DNA of 64,000 nucleotides from the human T2T-CHM13v2.0 reference genome, Homo sapiens, in assembly GCA_009914755.4 (NCBI GenBank), contig CP068257.2:36992001-37056000 (forward strand), given 5' to 3'. Positions 11,161 through 23,990 of the stretch are shown one piece after another. The translations under genes and the position numbers were made by a program. The notes under the pieces are model-generated. The model searched no databases. It had not been told where the DNA came from and saw nothing but the letters and a program-made list of their open reading frames with translations. The first letter of the stretch is position 1. Each line of letters opens with the position of its first letter.

Positions 11161-14116
11161 GTCTCTTCCCTCCTGCTCCCCCATTTAATCTCACTGTGAT
11201 CCTAGCCTGCTTCACTCTCTGGCCTTGCAGCTAATTAAAACTGTGGCCCTTAGTCATTTATTTAAAGACCCCAAAAAAATGGCACAGGAGATCTAGCAAT
11301 CATAAAAGCATCACTTTTCTGAGATTCTAACAGGGATAGCTCAGGAGGCCCTACACAATGTATTGGTGAATCTATTCTATTTCAGCCTACCTTGCCTGAC
11401 ACTGTTTATAGGGCCAGAATTTATTACCAGCCTTACGGCTTCATAAATTAGCTAGTCAGCTATTGCCACACCTCAGTATACTGTCACATCTGTGAATTTA
11501 TGGCATTGTGGCTTAATGTAGCATCATTGTCATCACTTTCCAGTACCTGGAGCATTCATTTTATCCTGGAAGATAATTCGTCATGGTTATTATGAGAATA
11601 CCAACATAAACAAAAGAGGAAGAAAACATGTAGGTTATGGTCTAATTGCCTGAATCAATCCCAGAAGAAAAGAAGATACTTGACAAAGTCTGCAGTCTTT
11701 GAATGAATCTTGAATGTGCTTAGTATTATTCAGACTCGAAATGCTTTGCACACTTGAATGGGAAAGTATGCAGTGAAAATCCCATTGAAACGCCACAGAA
11801 CGCCAGCCAAGCTAAAGTGCTGCACTTGGTTGGAATATCTGGGCTCTGACTCCTCCGTAAATCAACATTTAAAGTGTTAGATACAGAGAGTCCATAAATC
11901 ATTATTGCATTTCTTCAGCATAAGCTAGTGCCTTCAGCAAGTGTCTTCTGCTGTTTGGCTCTTTGTTCTGATCTGGTTTGATATGGCTGGTGTGGGTTTG
12001 GTTTGGTTCGTTTGTGGGGATGAAGAGGTTATGCAACAGAAAGGCGATGACTTATTCTTTTGCTCTTGCTCACATCTCCAAGGACTAAAAACAATGCCAA
12101 TTCAACCCTCCTACTCATGTATGACGGCCAAACCTGACTTCTGGCTTCTAACTGCAAAATCCCCAGCACACTCTGCAGGCCCGCAGCCAGCTCGTCTGCT
12201 TAGGAAGGAGCAATAGTGTAATTTGAACATGACCAATAAAAAAGAACAATGGTCTTACTTACTTTTACAGGTTACATTGTCTCACAGGTAAGGAATGGAA
12301 TTTTTAATACATTTAAAAATAGAGATTCCTAACCAATAAAATATCCCCATCACCAAGATTTTAAGGATGCCATGAGTAGCTGGTATTATCAATGACATTT
12401 GTGTAGTGGGAAAAGCATGGATTTTGGAGAAAGAAAGATGCAGGCCTAAACGTGGACTCTATCATTCACTATTGCCCAAGGACAGGCTTTCTCTCCACCA
12501 GGCTAAATCAAGTTTCCCAGTACACAAGTGTGGTGGGGAGCAGAGTGGTTCCGCAGCAGCAGGCTGGTAAATTTAGTCCTAAAACAAGACAGGTCTAAAA
12601 ATCTTGGAAAGTAGAATCTGTTTGGAAGCTCCTTCTAGACATTCTGTCAAGCACAGCCTTGTTCAGTAAGAAGGACCTTAGACATACTTTACTCATGGCT
12701 TCCCAGAAAAAAAGTGAAGGATGATGCCATCAGTTTTCAGCATTTATTGAGAGAACTCGAACTACTGGAGGATTTCAAAGATGCTTATTGGGTATCCAAG
12801 TAAGACGTCAAGTAAAATTTTGGATACAGGAATTTGAGTGTGAAGGGAAGCCCAGGAATGCAACTATCTGGGAGTCATCGGTGTAGGTGGGATTGGAAGC
12901 CATGGGATGGGATGAGATCACTTAGGAAGCAACAGACTACCCCCTTCTGTGATAAATAAATTCCAGCAGATTAGTGTAGATTATTGTCCCCAACTCTTAT
13001 GTCCTACCTCCTTTCATGCAGCTCCACATGTCATCTTGTGACTTGTGCTTGCCTGGCAGTAGAGAGCGCACTTTCCTCTCCAGGAACCTTGGGCTTGGCC
13101 AGGTGTCTTGCTTTGACCAGTAAAAGTGAGCAAAAGTGAAAGTGTGTCCGTTCCAGGTGGCAACTTGAAGAGGAATCATGCATTTCTGCTTGCCCCTTGC
13201 CATCTCCCCGCTGCCATGAGAGCAGCATGCCTCAGAGAGCTGCTGTCCCTTCAACCTGGGACCCAGAATAAAAGACACAGGGACCTCCATTAGGCCCAGC
13301 TGAGTCCGACAGAGCTCCAGGGACCTGAAGTCCTCTGAGTGACAAACAAGTGGTTGCTGTTACAAATTACTGAGACTTTTGGAGGCCATCATTTGCTACT
13401 GCAGCAAAAGCTGACTAATACAAAAATAAAACCCATCTCCTCTGGCAGATCCCCCCAGAAAGGAGGGTTAGTCTCCCTCATAGATATCAGGCCACCAAGC
13501 CTAAGAGAGTTCCAGATGGCTATGCAAGTTCAGCCCAAGGCAATATACAAAAATGCTCCGAGTTTACCACTGGAATTTCCAGAGTCTACTTAGATGCTCC
13601 CCTGAGTCCCCACTCATGCCTTTCCAGCAATGAAAACCTGCTCCGAAGAAAAAATGGCTGACATCGAGATGACTCTGAGTACACAAGGTGCGAAGTTACA
13701 GGAGACAGAGGCTCTCTCGGATCTCCAGGTAAACACACGCAGCTGCTCAGGAAGGCAGCCTGATCCAGGAGCCTGCAGGAGCCTGAGTCCTACCCAGATG
13801 GTCAGGTGCAGCCCCAGCTGTCCCAGGACATGCACGGGAGGAAAGGTGACCACGTGCTGTCAGATAGCAGCTCAGGCACCACTGTGCAGTGCACAACCAC
13901 ACAGGCCTTCATTCAGCAGGGGACTAGATTTGTACTCTTTTTAGCCAAATGTGGGCCTTCTCATGCTCCACGTGTAAACGTAACTCACCAAACAGGGCCC
14001 CTGCTGCTTTCCGGGCCAAGTCAGTGGAGAGGACTGAAGGCCGGCTCACAGCTAGGAAAGCAGGGCTCTGCCGCGCCGAGGGAATGGGTCCCAGGTCTCT
14101 TTCAACATCAGTAGGT

Positions 14117-15126
14117 AACACACACACTCACAGCACACACCACACACCACACACACTACATGCTCATACATATCACACACACACACACACCCCCCACACA
14201 TGACATACACACCACACCATACACATACATGCCACACACACATGCTCATACATACCACACACACCACACACACACCACACATCACATACACACCATACCA
14301 CGCACATACACACCACGCACACATGCTCATATGTACCACACACACCACACACAATCACACACACACGTCACATACACACCATATCACACACATACACATC
14401 ACACGTCACATACACACCACACATTACATACACACCATACCACACACATACACACCACACACACCACATGCTCATAAATACCACACCACACACACCACAT
14501 GCTCATACATACCACACACACCACACACACATCACATACACACCATACCACAAACACACACAATCACATATACACCACACATACACACCATGTGCTCATA
14601 CATTCCACACACCCACACCACACATACTACATGATCATATATACCACACACACCATACATACACCACATGCTCAGCCATACCACACCACACACACACACA
14701 CACACACACATCAGGCACACACACACATCACACACACATTACATACACACCACACACACACAAAGCATGCACACACCACACACACCACATACACACAAGA
14801 CCACACACACACATCATACATAAACCCCACATACACACCACACACATTATATATGCACCATACACTCACACGCACATCATGCACACACACCACACACATC
14901 ACATATACATGCCACACACACACACATTACATACACACTAAATACACACCACATGCTCATAAATAACACACATCACACACACACAGACACCATGCATACA
15001 CACCACAGAGCACACACATAACCCACACACATCACATACTCAACACTCCACCCACACACCACACACCACATACGCACCACACACACACACACACACACAC
15101 TGCACACACAATACACATACACATAA
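14117..15126. repeat. ~1 kb CA/CAC-rich complex higher-order repeat (degenerate (CA)n-derived satellite-like array)
   Basis: The block is almost exclusively C and A on the + strand. It is punctuated by a recurring motif 'ccacatgctcatacataccacacacaccacacaca', seen near 14160, 14243, 14323, 14467, 14497, 14590, 14668 and 14951. The His/Thr-rich and Cys/Val-rich ORFs in the track (14052-15164) are its six-frame translations. Confidence 0.95.
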
Positions 15127-16025
15127 AATTTGCATGAAATAAACATAAAGGAAATGAACACCAAGATTCATCTCTCTTGCCCTGCATATTGGATTGAAAC
15201 ATGGAGCAGACTGGCCAAATTTAAGATTTTTATAATTTACCTCTGAAATCTTCATCAAATTCAAAACACAATTTCACTTTTTGCCCCATCCGGCAGTGTT
15301 GGGGGTTTTGCCACTGGAATAACACAGTATATTTTCCAGTCACACCGTACATCAGAGCTCATGTGTGTGTTAGTTTGTTGCAGGCGTCCTGGTAGCAGAG
15401 CGTGAGGTCCTAGACTCAGAGTGAGTTCCTCCCTCCAGAAATGAAACACCTAAGTTGCTCAGCACTGACAGCAAACATGTAAGTAAGGCAAAGGTTGCCA
15501 CCAGCCCAGCAGGGGTCGAACTTAAAATGAATCTGTGCATGTGGGCCCCTTGCCTTTGACCCATGGGGAGCATCATTCCATAAATAAACAAGGCAATACC
15601 TAACAGCCATTAGATTTCTTCAAGGCCATCTCTGCAATTTCTTTGATGAAACAAAATTGAAGTTCATAATTCCCTCCCAAGCTAATGTTTTACAATAATT
15701 TTTTTAAAGATCCCAGAGTTACAGTAATCACATATCAAATAAGAACATTCCTGAGATGTTTTCCATTTGGAATAGTGAAATTATTTATTAAAGCATCTCG
15801 GCCTTCATCCTTCAGGCTATATGTGAAGCCTTCAAGAAAACCTCCTCGTGAGCCTAACCACATGACTTGGCAGCCCCCACTCCTACTTTCTAGATCATCC
15901 CTGGCCATGCTCCGCCACCCATCCCATGATCCAGCCTCGGCAAAGCCCTGGCTGTCTCCACATTACACCAAGCACCTGGCTGCATGCTCTGGCATACGCC
16001 ACTTAAACTCTCCTCCCTGGGAACA

Positions 16026-16230
16026 TCACATACTGGGGCCTGTCGGGGGTGGGTGGGGGACAAGGGGAGGGAGAGCATTAGGACAAATACCTAATGCATG
16101 CAGGGCTTAAAACCGAGATGACGGGGTGATAGGTACAGCAAACCACCATGGCACATGTATACCTATGTAACAAACCTGCACATTCTGCACATGCATCCCA
16201 GAACTTAAAGTAAAACAAAAAATAAAAAAA
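16026..16230 (+). mobile_element. 5'-truncated young L1 (L1PA-like) 3'-end insertion, ~205 bp, with target-site duplication
   Basis: 'cacatactggggcctgtcgggggtgggtgggggacaaggggagggagagcattaggacaaatacctaatgcatgcagggcttaaaaccgagatgacggggtgataggtacagcaaaccaccatggcacatgtatacctatgtaacaaacctgcacattctgcacatgcatcccagaacttaaagtaaaacaaaaaataaaaaaa' is close to the L1PA 3' consensus. It is flanked by 'aaactctcctccct' at 16005-16018 and again at 16228-16241. Confidence 0.85.
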
Positions 16231-16384
16231 CTCTCCTCCCTACTCATCCCGGCGAACTCCTGCCTGCCCCTTAGACACAGTTCATGCACCAGCTCTGCTG
16301 GGAGACACCCCTTCTGTGGTCTCCATAGAGCTCCTGTCCACCTCCGTTCACAGCGTAGGGCTGGGAAAAAGGTTCTGTGATGGG

Positions 16385-16590
16385 ACGACCTGGATTTGAA
16401 TCTCAGCACCGCTCACTGGCTATATGACCTTGGACACTTAACCTTCCTGTATCTCAATGTTCTTGTCTGTAAAACTGGGATAATATAAGCACTCACTTGA
16501 GGCAAATGTGGTAGGGAATAGATATTTTAATAAATGTAAAGCACCTAGAATAATACTTGAAACATCACAGCCCTTATCACAATGTATTAA
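16385..16590 (+). mobile_element. MIR SINE
   Basis: 'acctggatttgaatctcagcaccgctcactggctatatgaccttggacacttaaccttcctgtatctcaatgttcttgtctgtaaaactgggataatataagcactcacttgagg...aaagcacctagaataatacttg' is a classic MIR consensus match. Confidence 0.75.
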
Positions 16591-17119
16591 AGTTTTCTGT
16601 TTATGTGGCTATCTCCCCCACTAGACTATAAGCATTTTAAAAAGAATATGCCTTATTATTTTAATATCCCCAGTATTTAGCAAATAACCTGGCACATAGA
16701 AAATTTTTTGTTCAGAATGTTGAATGAATGAATAAATGTATGAAATTAAAAATATATATTAATATTAAATTCCTGCTATCCTGTCCCAAAAGACAATGTG
16801 CTGTCATCACTGCTTGAGGAAGAAGTACATTATTTCACACATCAACCCACCTTCATCCTTTGAGAATTTTTTTTTAGAGCAGAAATAGACTCTATCCAAA
16901 CCATATGGCATAAAGCTGTAGTTTTTAAAGATAAAGGTACACTTCAAAAAAGTGCTGACTCATTTCATCCTTAGATACAGAATACTCATCTTCAGCATTA
17001 CAGGCTTGTGATGGAAGAATACAAAATTTTAAAAATATATAAATTCACCTCTTAGAGGTAAAGGTTTGAAGAACAGAGTTATTTGGTCTACTTGCACCAT
17101 TAGTTTGTTTTTTTTTAAT

Positions 17120-17190
17120 TTTACTTTAAATTTTGGGATACATGTGCAGAACACGCAGGTTTGTTAAACAGGTATTCATTGTACCATTAG
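17120..17190 (-). mobile_element. Short L1 3'-end fragment, minus orientation
   Basis: 'ttttgggatacatgtgcagaacacgcaggtttgttaaacaggtattcattgtaccat' is the reverse complement of the L1 3' terminus ('...atggtacatgtatacctatgtaacaaacctgcacgttctgcacatgtatcccagaa'). Confidence 0.6.
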
Positions 17191-17671
17191 TTTTTAAGAA
17201 TCCTTGATCTTTAAAATGCTACCCACTTGGCCTCCTCTTTTATTCATGGCCTTGTTCTCCAGGAGAGAGGCTGAAACATCCCTTAGGGAACATTTTCTGT
17301 CAAGGTGCTAGACCAGGAGTGTGAAGCAGCGAGCCTTAAATTGCAGGAAGCCACAACAGCAGAAGGCAGAACGCTCCTCAAACTTGAACGCAGAGCCTGG
17401 TGCTGCTTCCAGGAAGTCCCAAGCCAGCCTGACTTCTGACAGTTGATCTCAAGATCTCAACCTATATTCATTTTCACATCAAGACTTTATTTTTGAACAG
17501 GTTCCAGGATACAACACCAGCTTTTTTATTGAAGGCAAAGCATTCTCAATTACTTAGATACTTACTAATTAATATGATTGGCGATATGGTGCGTATTTAG
17601 AATAATCTGAGATGAAACTCATTGAAGCAGCTTTAAAAAGCCCATTACAATAAAAATAATACTTGAAGCTC

Positions 17672-18000
<329 letters not shown>

Positions 18001-18348
18001 TGATAATAATATTCAGTGTGGAAGGACTGAATTCTGAGTCACCTGCAAACCATGATACAGTCTGTAGCAGTGGTACTGAGTGTAATCCATAGACCAGTGC
18101 CATTTTGCAAAATGTTGACTGACCATGATGAGAGAAGTACGGAAAGTAAGAAGGGCTTGTAAAATTTTAGAGCAAGTTGACATCACTGTGACATCAGTAT
18201 GAGCTCAGTGCTCCAGTTCCTCTAAATAAGGTGCCGACCACTTCAGACACTGCAGCATTACTCACATTTGGGCACTCATTGGTAGGGCCACATTACAACA
18301 TGTGACCTTTTAAGGTCAGTTTGTCAAGGATAAATCAAATTATATGAA

Positions 18349-18420
18349 AATCTGAGAAAAGGGAAGCACTTATTTTCATAACTTATTTTCATAATCTGAG
18401 AAAAGGGAAGCACGTTATGA
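18349..18420. repeat. Local ~48-bp tandem duplication
   Basis: 'aatctgagaaaagggaagcacttattttcataacttattttcat' is followed by 'aatctgagaaaagggaagcacgttatgaaaataa'. Confidence 0.6.
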
Positions 18421-19698
18421 AAATAATTAAAATTTAATTAATTAAATGTTTATGGCTTTTTAAAATTTATAGTTTAACATTACTGGCTAAATAAGGGAAG
18501 TCAAATTAGTATTATGTATTTATAACCTTTATTGATTGATTGATGGCCTCTTTTTGGTCAGAAAAACATATATCTTTTTTGAATGTGACAATCACAGTAA
18601 CCAAATGATGACAAAGAAGTTGACATTGAAGAAATGAAAGCCAAAAAATTTTGTATTCATTTTACTTGAAAGTATAATCCCTCATATACAAATTTTTATA
18701 GTTTATGTAGCCATAAACTACAGTTTTGCAGCCATAATTGATAGCAAAGTGCTAAAAACACTGTAGGTCACTTGAACAAATGTATTGGCAAACAAAACAA
18801 TGAAACTATCAAAACTTGAGTAGCATTTACATAAAAAAATTTTTTAAATACCGAGAATAAAAAAAAATTTGCAAAAAAGAGTATTATTAAAAAGACAACA
18901 AAAGTAGATGTTGAATATTTCATGTCTAAAAATGAATGTCTTAAGGCTTCCTGTAAAGCAGCACTTACATTACTAAAACCAAAAACAAACAAAATGAACA
19001 ATCAAACAAAAATCATAAAATTGCCAAGACATTAATGTAAAACTACATTAAAGAAGTCTACTTGGAAATGTTCGGTGAATCTGTAACCCAAAAAAAGGAA
19101 GCTTGAGTACCACTTTTTAATAATATCACAAATCAGTGTTTTTAAGAATGGGCTGATAGCATAGCTGTAATGACAGGAAAATACTGTGAAATCATTATTC
19201 AGATAACAATGAAAATAAATCAACAACCTGCTTCTTTTCTTCAGAAAGTCTTGCCAGGAGGAAAAAAAAAATCAGCTGAACAACATGCTTAGAGACATAG
19301 TATATAAAAACTAATGCATTAAATTCAAGGTTTTTACATTTATTATGTGATATTATAGAAGATGAACATAAAGAACCGTAGAAGCATGCAAGGCTTGATG
19401 GCTGTTATGGGGAAAGATTCTGACAAGAATGTTTGAAATGGGAAATGAACTCTTAGCGTTCTGGTAGGAAACGAGTTTTGTCCCATGTTTTTAAAGATGT
19501 GAATTAGACAGCCAGACTTTCTTATCTGTCTGACATCCTCAGTATTTGAAAATATCTTAATACTCCTATGCAAGAAAGGGATGTGGTAATTTTTTGATGT
19601 ATATCTTTATATAACCATGCATAGAAGAGTCTGGGAATATACAAAACAAAATAATAAGAGTGGCTAACTCTGGAGAGAAATGACAAGGAGTTTTCTCT

Positions 19699-20008
19699 TC
19701 TTTTTTTTTTTTTTGTGAAACAGGGTTTTGCTCTGTCATCCAGGTTGGAGTCTGGAGTGCAGTGGTGTGATCTTGGCTCACTGCAGCCCCAACCTCCTGG
19801 GCTCATGCACACCTCCCACCTCAGCCTCCTGAGTAGCTGGGGCTACAGGTGCATGCCACCACAGCTGGCTAATTGTTGTATATTTTTGTAGAGACAGGGT
19901 TTTGCGATGTTGCCCAGGCTAGTCTCAAATTCCTGAGCTCACAGAATCCACTCGCCTCAGCCTCTCAGAGTGCTGGAATCAGAGGTGTGAGCCACCATAC
20001 ACAGCCTG
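19699..20008 (-). mobile_element. Alu SINE (older, AluJ-like), minus orientation
   Basis: A poly-T run is followed by 'gtgaaacagggttttgctctgtcatccaggttggagtctggagtgcagtggtgtgatcttggctcactgcagcc...gtgctggaatcagaggtgtgagccaccatacacagcctg'. Divergence from the young Alu consensus is noticeable. Confidence 0.9.
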
Positions 20009-21209
20009 CTTTTTCTTTCTTTTGCTTCTCTGTATTTATAGTTGTTTTTCTACCCTGAATGCTGCCTATGTCATTAGAAACAAAGACCACAGAGTCATAA
20101 AAGGGTCACACAAGTTCAACCATTTAAAAAACATTGTCAAGAGCTTTGCCCATCTAAGGGACCACATGAGCATTAATGACTGATGGGCTCCATACACTAC
20201 CCAGAATGACTAACACATCAATGAAAGACATGATGATCTAAGGACCGAGGGAGGGGTCGATCTAAAACACAAAATGTCCCTGCTCAATAGCCACCTGCAC
20301 ACCCACAGCTACTGCGTGGAGAAAAGAGAGAGCTGGCTGCAGTCCCCCTCCTGGGGGAAACTGTGAAGCACAACAGAGACCTGCTGTCTGGAACCTGGTG
20401 GCTCCCTCCCCACAGTGAGCATACCACACCTGCACTCTCATGCCCCCACTTCTCTCATGGAACTTCCCTGTCCCTTCCCTCCAGAAGCTACAAGCTCTCA
20501 GAATCACACCTTTCGTGCTCCAGAGTCAACAAGGCTGAGTTTGTGGTGGGCAACAAACAGACTAAATCTTCACACCATTTCTCATTAAACCATCCCTGTT
20601 CATGAGATCTGCATTAAAACTTTTTTCTCTTTTGTCAAGAGATAAAGCAGCAGTACACAGCTTTAGAGGACTAGGGCCTCCCCAGTAACCCTTTCCTCCA
20701 AACCTTTCTAAACAAATTATCATTATCATTGGTGCCGTTATCAGTATACTAGTACTGTTAAAGCCAAGAGATGACCTGTTTTAGGCAATAACATTTACAA
20801 TTCAATAGCAGAGTTTCCTGCACAGACTGTACTATTTACAGAGTCCTGCAGCCCCTGGACAAGGGAACACAGGCTCCCAGCTGCCTGCTTGCAGAGTTCC
20901 CCTGTGGGAGGCAGTGAGATGGAAACACCTGGATGAGAGGCCAGGAGACATAAGCTCCTCCATCCCTGGTTCTGCCTCCAGGGAAGTAAACTAAGGCAGA
21001 TTGCCCATTCTCTCTGCTCCTAAACCAGAGGCAATTTTAAGTGGCTTCCAGCATTGATACACTAGGTCTCTATGAAAGGTGCAAACCTTTCCACACTCAA
21101 TGGATTCTCATCACAACCAAAGCAGCAGGGCAGTGTATTAGTTAAAATCCATTTTAGTTGCAAGTGACAGAAGATAACATTGATTTTTTAAAAACAATGG
21201 TGGCTTAAA

Positions 21210-22056
21210 AACAAACAACCCAACTCAAAAATGGGCAAAGGACATGAACAGACATTTCTCCAAAGACCATTCTATGGCCAATGAGCACATAGAAAAATAC
21301 TCAACATCAATGAGATACCACTTCACACTCATGAGGATGGCCAGTAGAAAAAAAATATATCAAGTGTTGTTGAGGATATGGAGAAATTGGAACCCTTGTT
21401 CCATGCTGGTGGGAGCATGAAATAGTACAGCTGCTGTGGAAAACAGTATGACAGTTCTTAAAAGATTAAATATAGAATTACCATGTGATCCAGCAATTAT
21501 ACTTCTGGGTATATACACAAAAGAATCAAAAGCAGGAATTCACACAGATACTTGTACATCAATGTTCATAACAGTATTAATCACAATAAACAAAATGTGG
21601 AAACAACCTATTCATGATCAACAGATGAACAGGTAAACAAAATGTAGTCTATACATACACGGGCATATTACTCAGCCTTAAAAAAGAAATGAAATTATAA
21701 TCCATGTTACAAAATGGATGGCCCTTGAAAACATTATGCAAAGTGAAGTAAGTCAGTCACAAAAGAACAAATATCATATGACTCCACTTACATGAGCTAC
21801 CTAGATTAGGTAAGTTCACAGGGACAGAAAGGAGAATCCAGGTTACCAGGGGCTATGGAAAGGGGGAAGGGGGAATTAGTGTTCAACAGGTAAAGAGTTT
21901 TTTGGGGGATGATGATTTTTAAAGTTCTGGAAATGATGTGGTGATGCTTGTACAATATTGCAAATGTGCTCGATACCCCTGAATTATATTCTTAAAAATA
22001 GATAAATGATAAAATTTATATTATGTATGTTTTACCACAGTAGATTTCTTGTTAAT
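21210..22056 (+). mobile_element. L1 (L1M/L1MA-type) 3' end (ORF2 C-terminus plus 3'UTR) with 14-bp TSD
   Basis: 'cccaactcaaaaatgggcaaaggacatgaacagacatttctccaaagaccattctatggccaatgagcacatagaaaaatactcaacatcaatgagataccacttcacactcatgaggatggccagtagaaaaa...ggtgggagcatgaaatagtacagctgctgtggaaaacagtatgacagttcttaaaagattaaatatagaattaccatgtgatccagcaattatacttctgggtatatacac' through the 3' tail '...tatgttttaccacagtag' is typical L1 3'-end text. 'aatggtggcttaaa' occurs at 21196-21209 and 22057-22070, immediately flanking the element. Confidence 0.85.
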
Positions 22057-23829
22057 AATGGTGGCTTAAACCATAGGAAAACAAGCAGATAGGCCTGGTA
22101 TGATTATCAGGGACCCAGGTTCCATCCATTCAGCCACCTCAACACAGGGCTTCCTCTTTATGATCCAACATGGCTGCTCCAACTCCAGTCATCATCTCAG
22201 CCATGCAACAGGGAGGTGGGAGGAGGAAGGACAAGGGCACTCCTCTACCTGGAAGTTCAACCTTCCCTTGAGGGATACTTTCTGGAAGTGGCACACAGTC
22301 CTTCCATTCTATTGGTCAGAACTTGGTCACATAGTTGCACATGGCTTCAAGGGAAGCTGGGCAATGTTGACTTTGTTCTGGGCACCCATCTTTTCAGCTA
22401 ACATTGAGGAAGAAGAGACAAACAAGTACTGAAAACAACAACCAATCCTGCATAAGTTGAAAATCACCTTGAGTGCAAATGTTTTTTAGCACAGGACTGC
22501 ACACCTTTATGTTTTCCTAGGATCACAGTCAAAAAGAAGAAGCTTTAAGAAATGGTTCTGAGGACTTTCTTCTTTGTTAAGCTCACTTTGCAACATAAGA
22601 GGAATTCAGACCTCATAGGGATGTGAGCTACATAGTTATTCACCATATACCCTCAGGAAGAAGTAGAGCTAAACTGAGAAGCACTACAAAGAAAAAATAA
22701 ATGAAGAAGAACAAAAATGAAGATAAAGGGTCACTTTCTTAATGCCTCATCCTATGCATTTTGTAGAATTTGAAACCCCTGGAATGGAAAGCATAAAGCT
22801 CTGACAATCTGGGCTGCATTCAGCCTTGGCAGAAACCAGGATGTGACCACTGGCTCATTCCTAATGTTTCAGGTGGGTAACAAATATTTGCTTTTTCCGG
22901 GGAGTTGACCACACACCCTCTTCCAATTCCTTCAACTCGGACTGCATCTTGCCCTTGAGAAAAAAGATTTGGCACCTTCAGAACACACCATTCCCCACAC
23001 TTCATTTCCCATTAAGGTTGTCTTGGTTAAAAATGTTGCGGGCCAAGTACATGGTTTCACATACTCACATGGTTAAGAGAGAGAATAGGAGTTCTATGAG
23101 TCACAGAAAATTTGGTTGAAAAAAAAAGGAATCAGGAAGAATCAGTAACACTAAACGCCCACACGTCTCGTCTCTTTAAAGCACATTGGGGGAAATTTTG
23201 CTTTTAGTGGTAACTGAACATTCTGTTGCTGCTATATATGTCATTTTCAGCAGAGATGAAATAACTAACAGCCTGGGAAGATTTTTATAGCCTTCCCGTC
23301 CTTTAAGGGATGGCGTGGTCCCAATTTTGACCTCCCTTTTACTACTTTCCTTTCCTTTGGATAAAATCCATGTAATCCTCTGTAACACTAGAACATCTCT
23401 GCATTACTGTGTGCACACCTGATTTCCGTACCGTTTTCACCCCTCATTTTGGCAGCAATCTATGCATAAAGGCAAAAAGTTCCCACACCCCTATCCTGAC
23501 CTCTTGGTAGCCGTGACCCTCATCCCAGCTCAACCCTCCTGGCATCTCCTCTCTCCTGCCAGGTTTGTGGCTCAAGTCAGGAAGCACGTCAGCCCTGAGA
23601 CCTGCAAACCGAATCCCACAGACAGTTCTAGAGGGTGTGCTTGACTTTGGAAACCCAGTTTAACTGGCTTCTGCTTGAATCATCACTCCATTAACATCAT
23701 CATTCCAGAAAGTCGTTGCTCAAGGTCTAAAGCACTTGAAACCTTCCCTTATATTTAATATTTATTACCCATCTTGAAGGAACGGCATCTGAGGACATCC
23801 TCCCATCTTGTAACATGGCTCCCCTAAGA

Positions 23830-23990
23830 AGGGTATAACATAGTGATTGCAAAGCAGGACTCTGTAGCCAACCATCCAGATGCAAATTCTGATTCCATCA
23901 CTTCGCCTGAATATAACTTTGGATAAGCTGACTAACCTTTCTTTGCCTCTACATTCTTATCTATAAAATGGGCACAGTAAAAGTGCATCC
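23830..23990 (+). mobile_element. MIR-like SINE fragment
   Basis: 'aactttggataagctgactaacctttctttgcctctacattcttatctataaaatgggcacagtaaaagtgc' resembles the MIR core ('cttaacctctctgagcctcagtttcctcatctgtaaaatgggg'). Confidence 0.4.

Noticed and set aside
14052-15164. His/Thr-rich ('HTHTHT...') and Cys/Val-rich ORFs of 60-157 aa on both strands
   Set aside because: They are pure six-frame translations of the CA/TG-rich higher-order repeat. There are no start or splice context and no protein-like composition.
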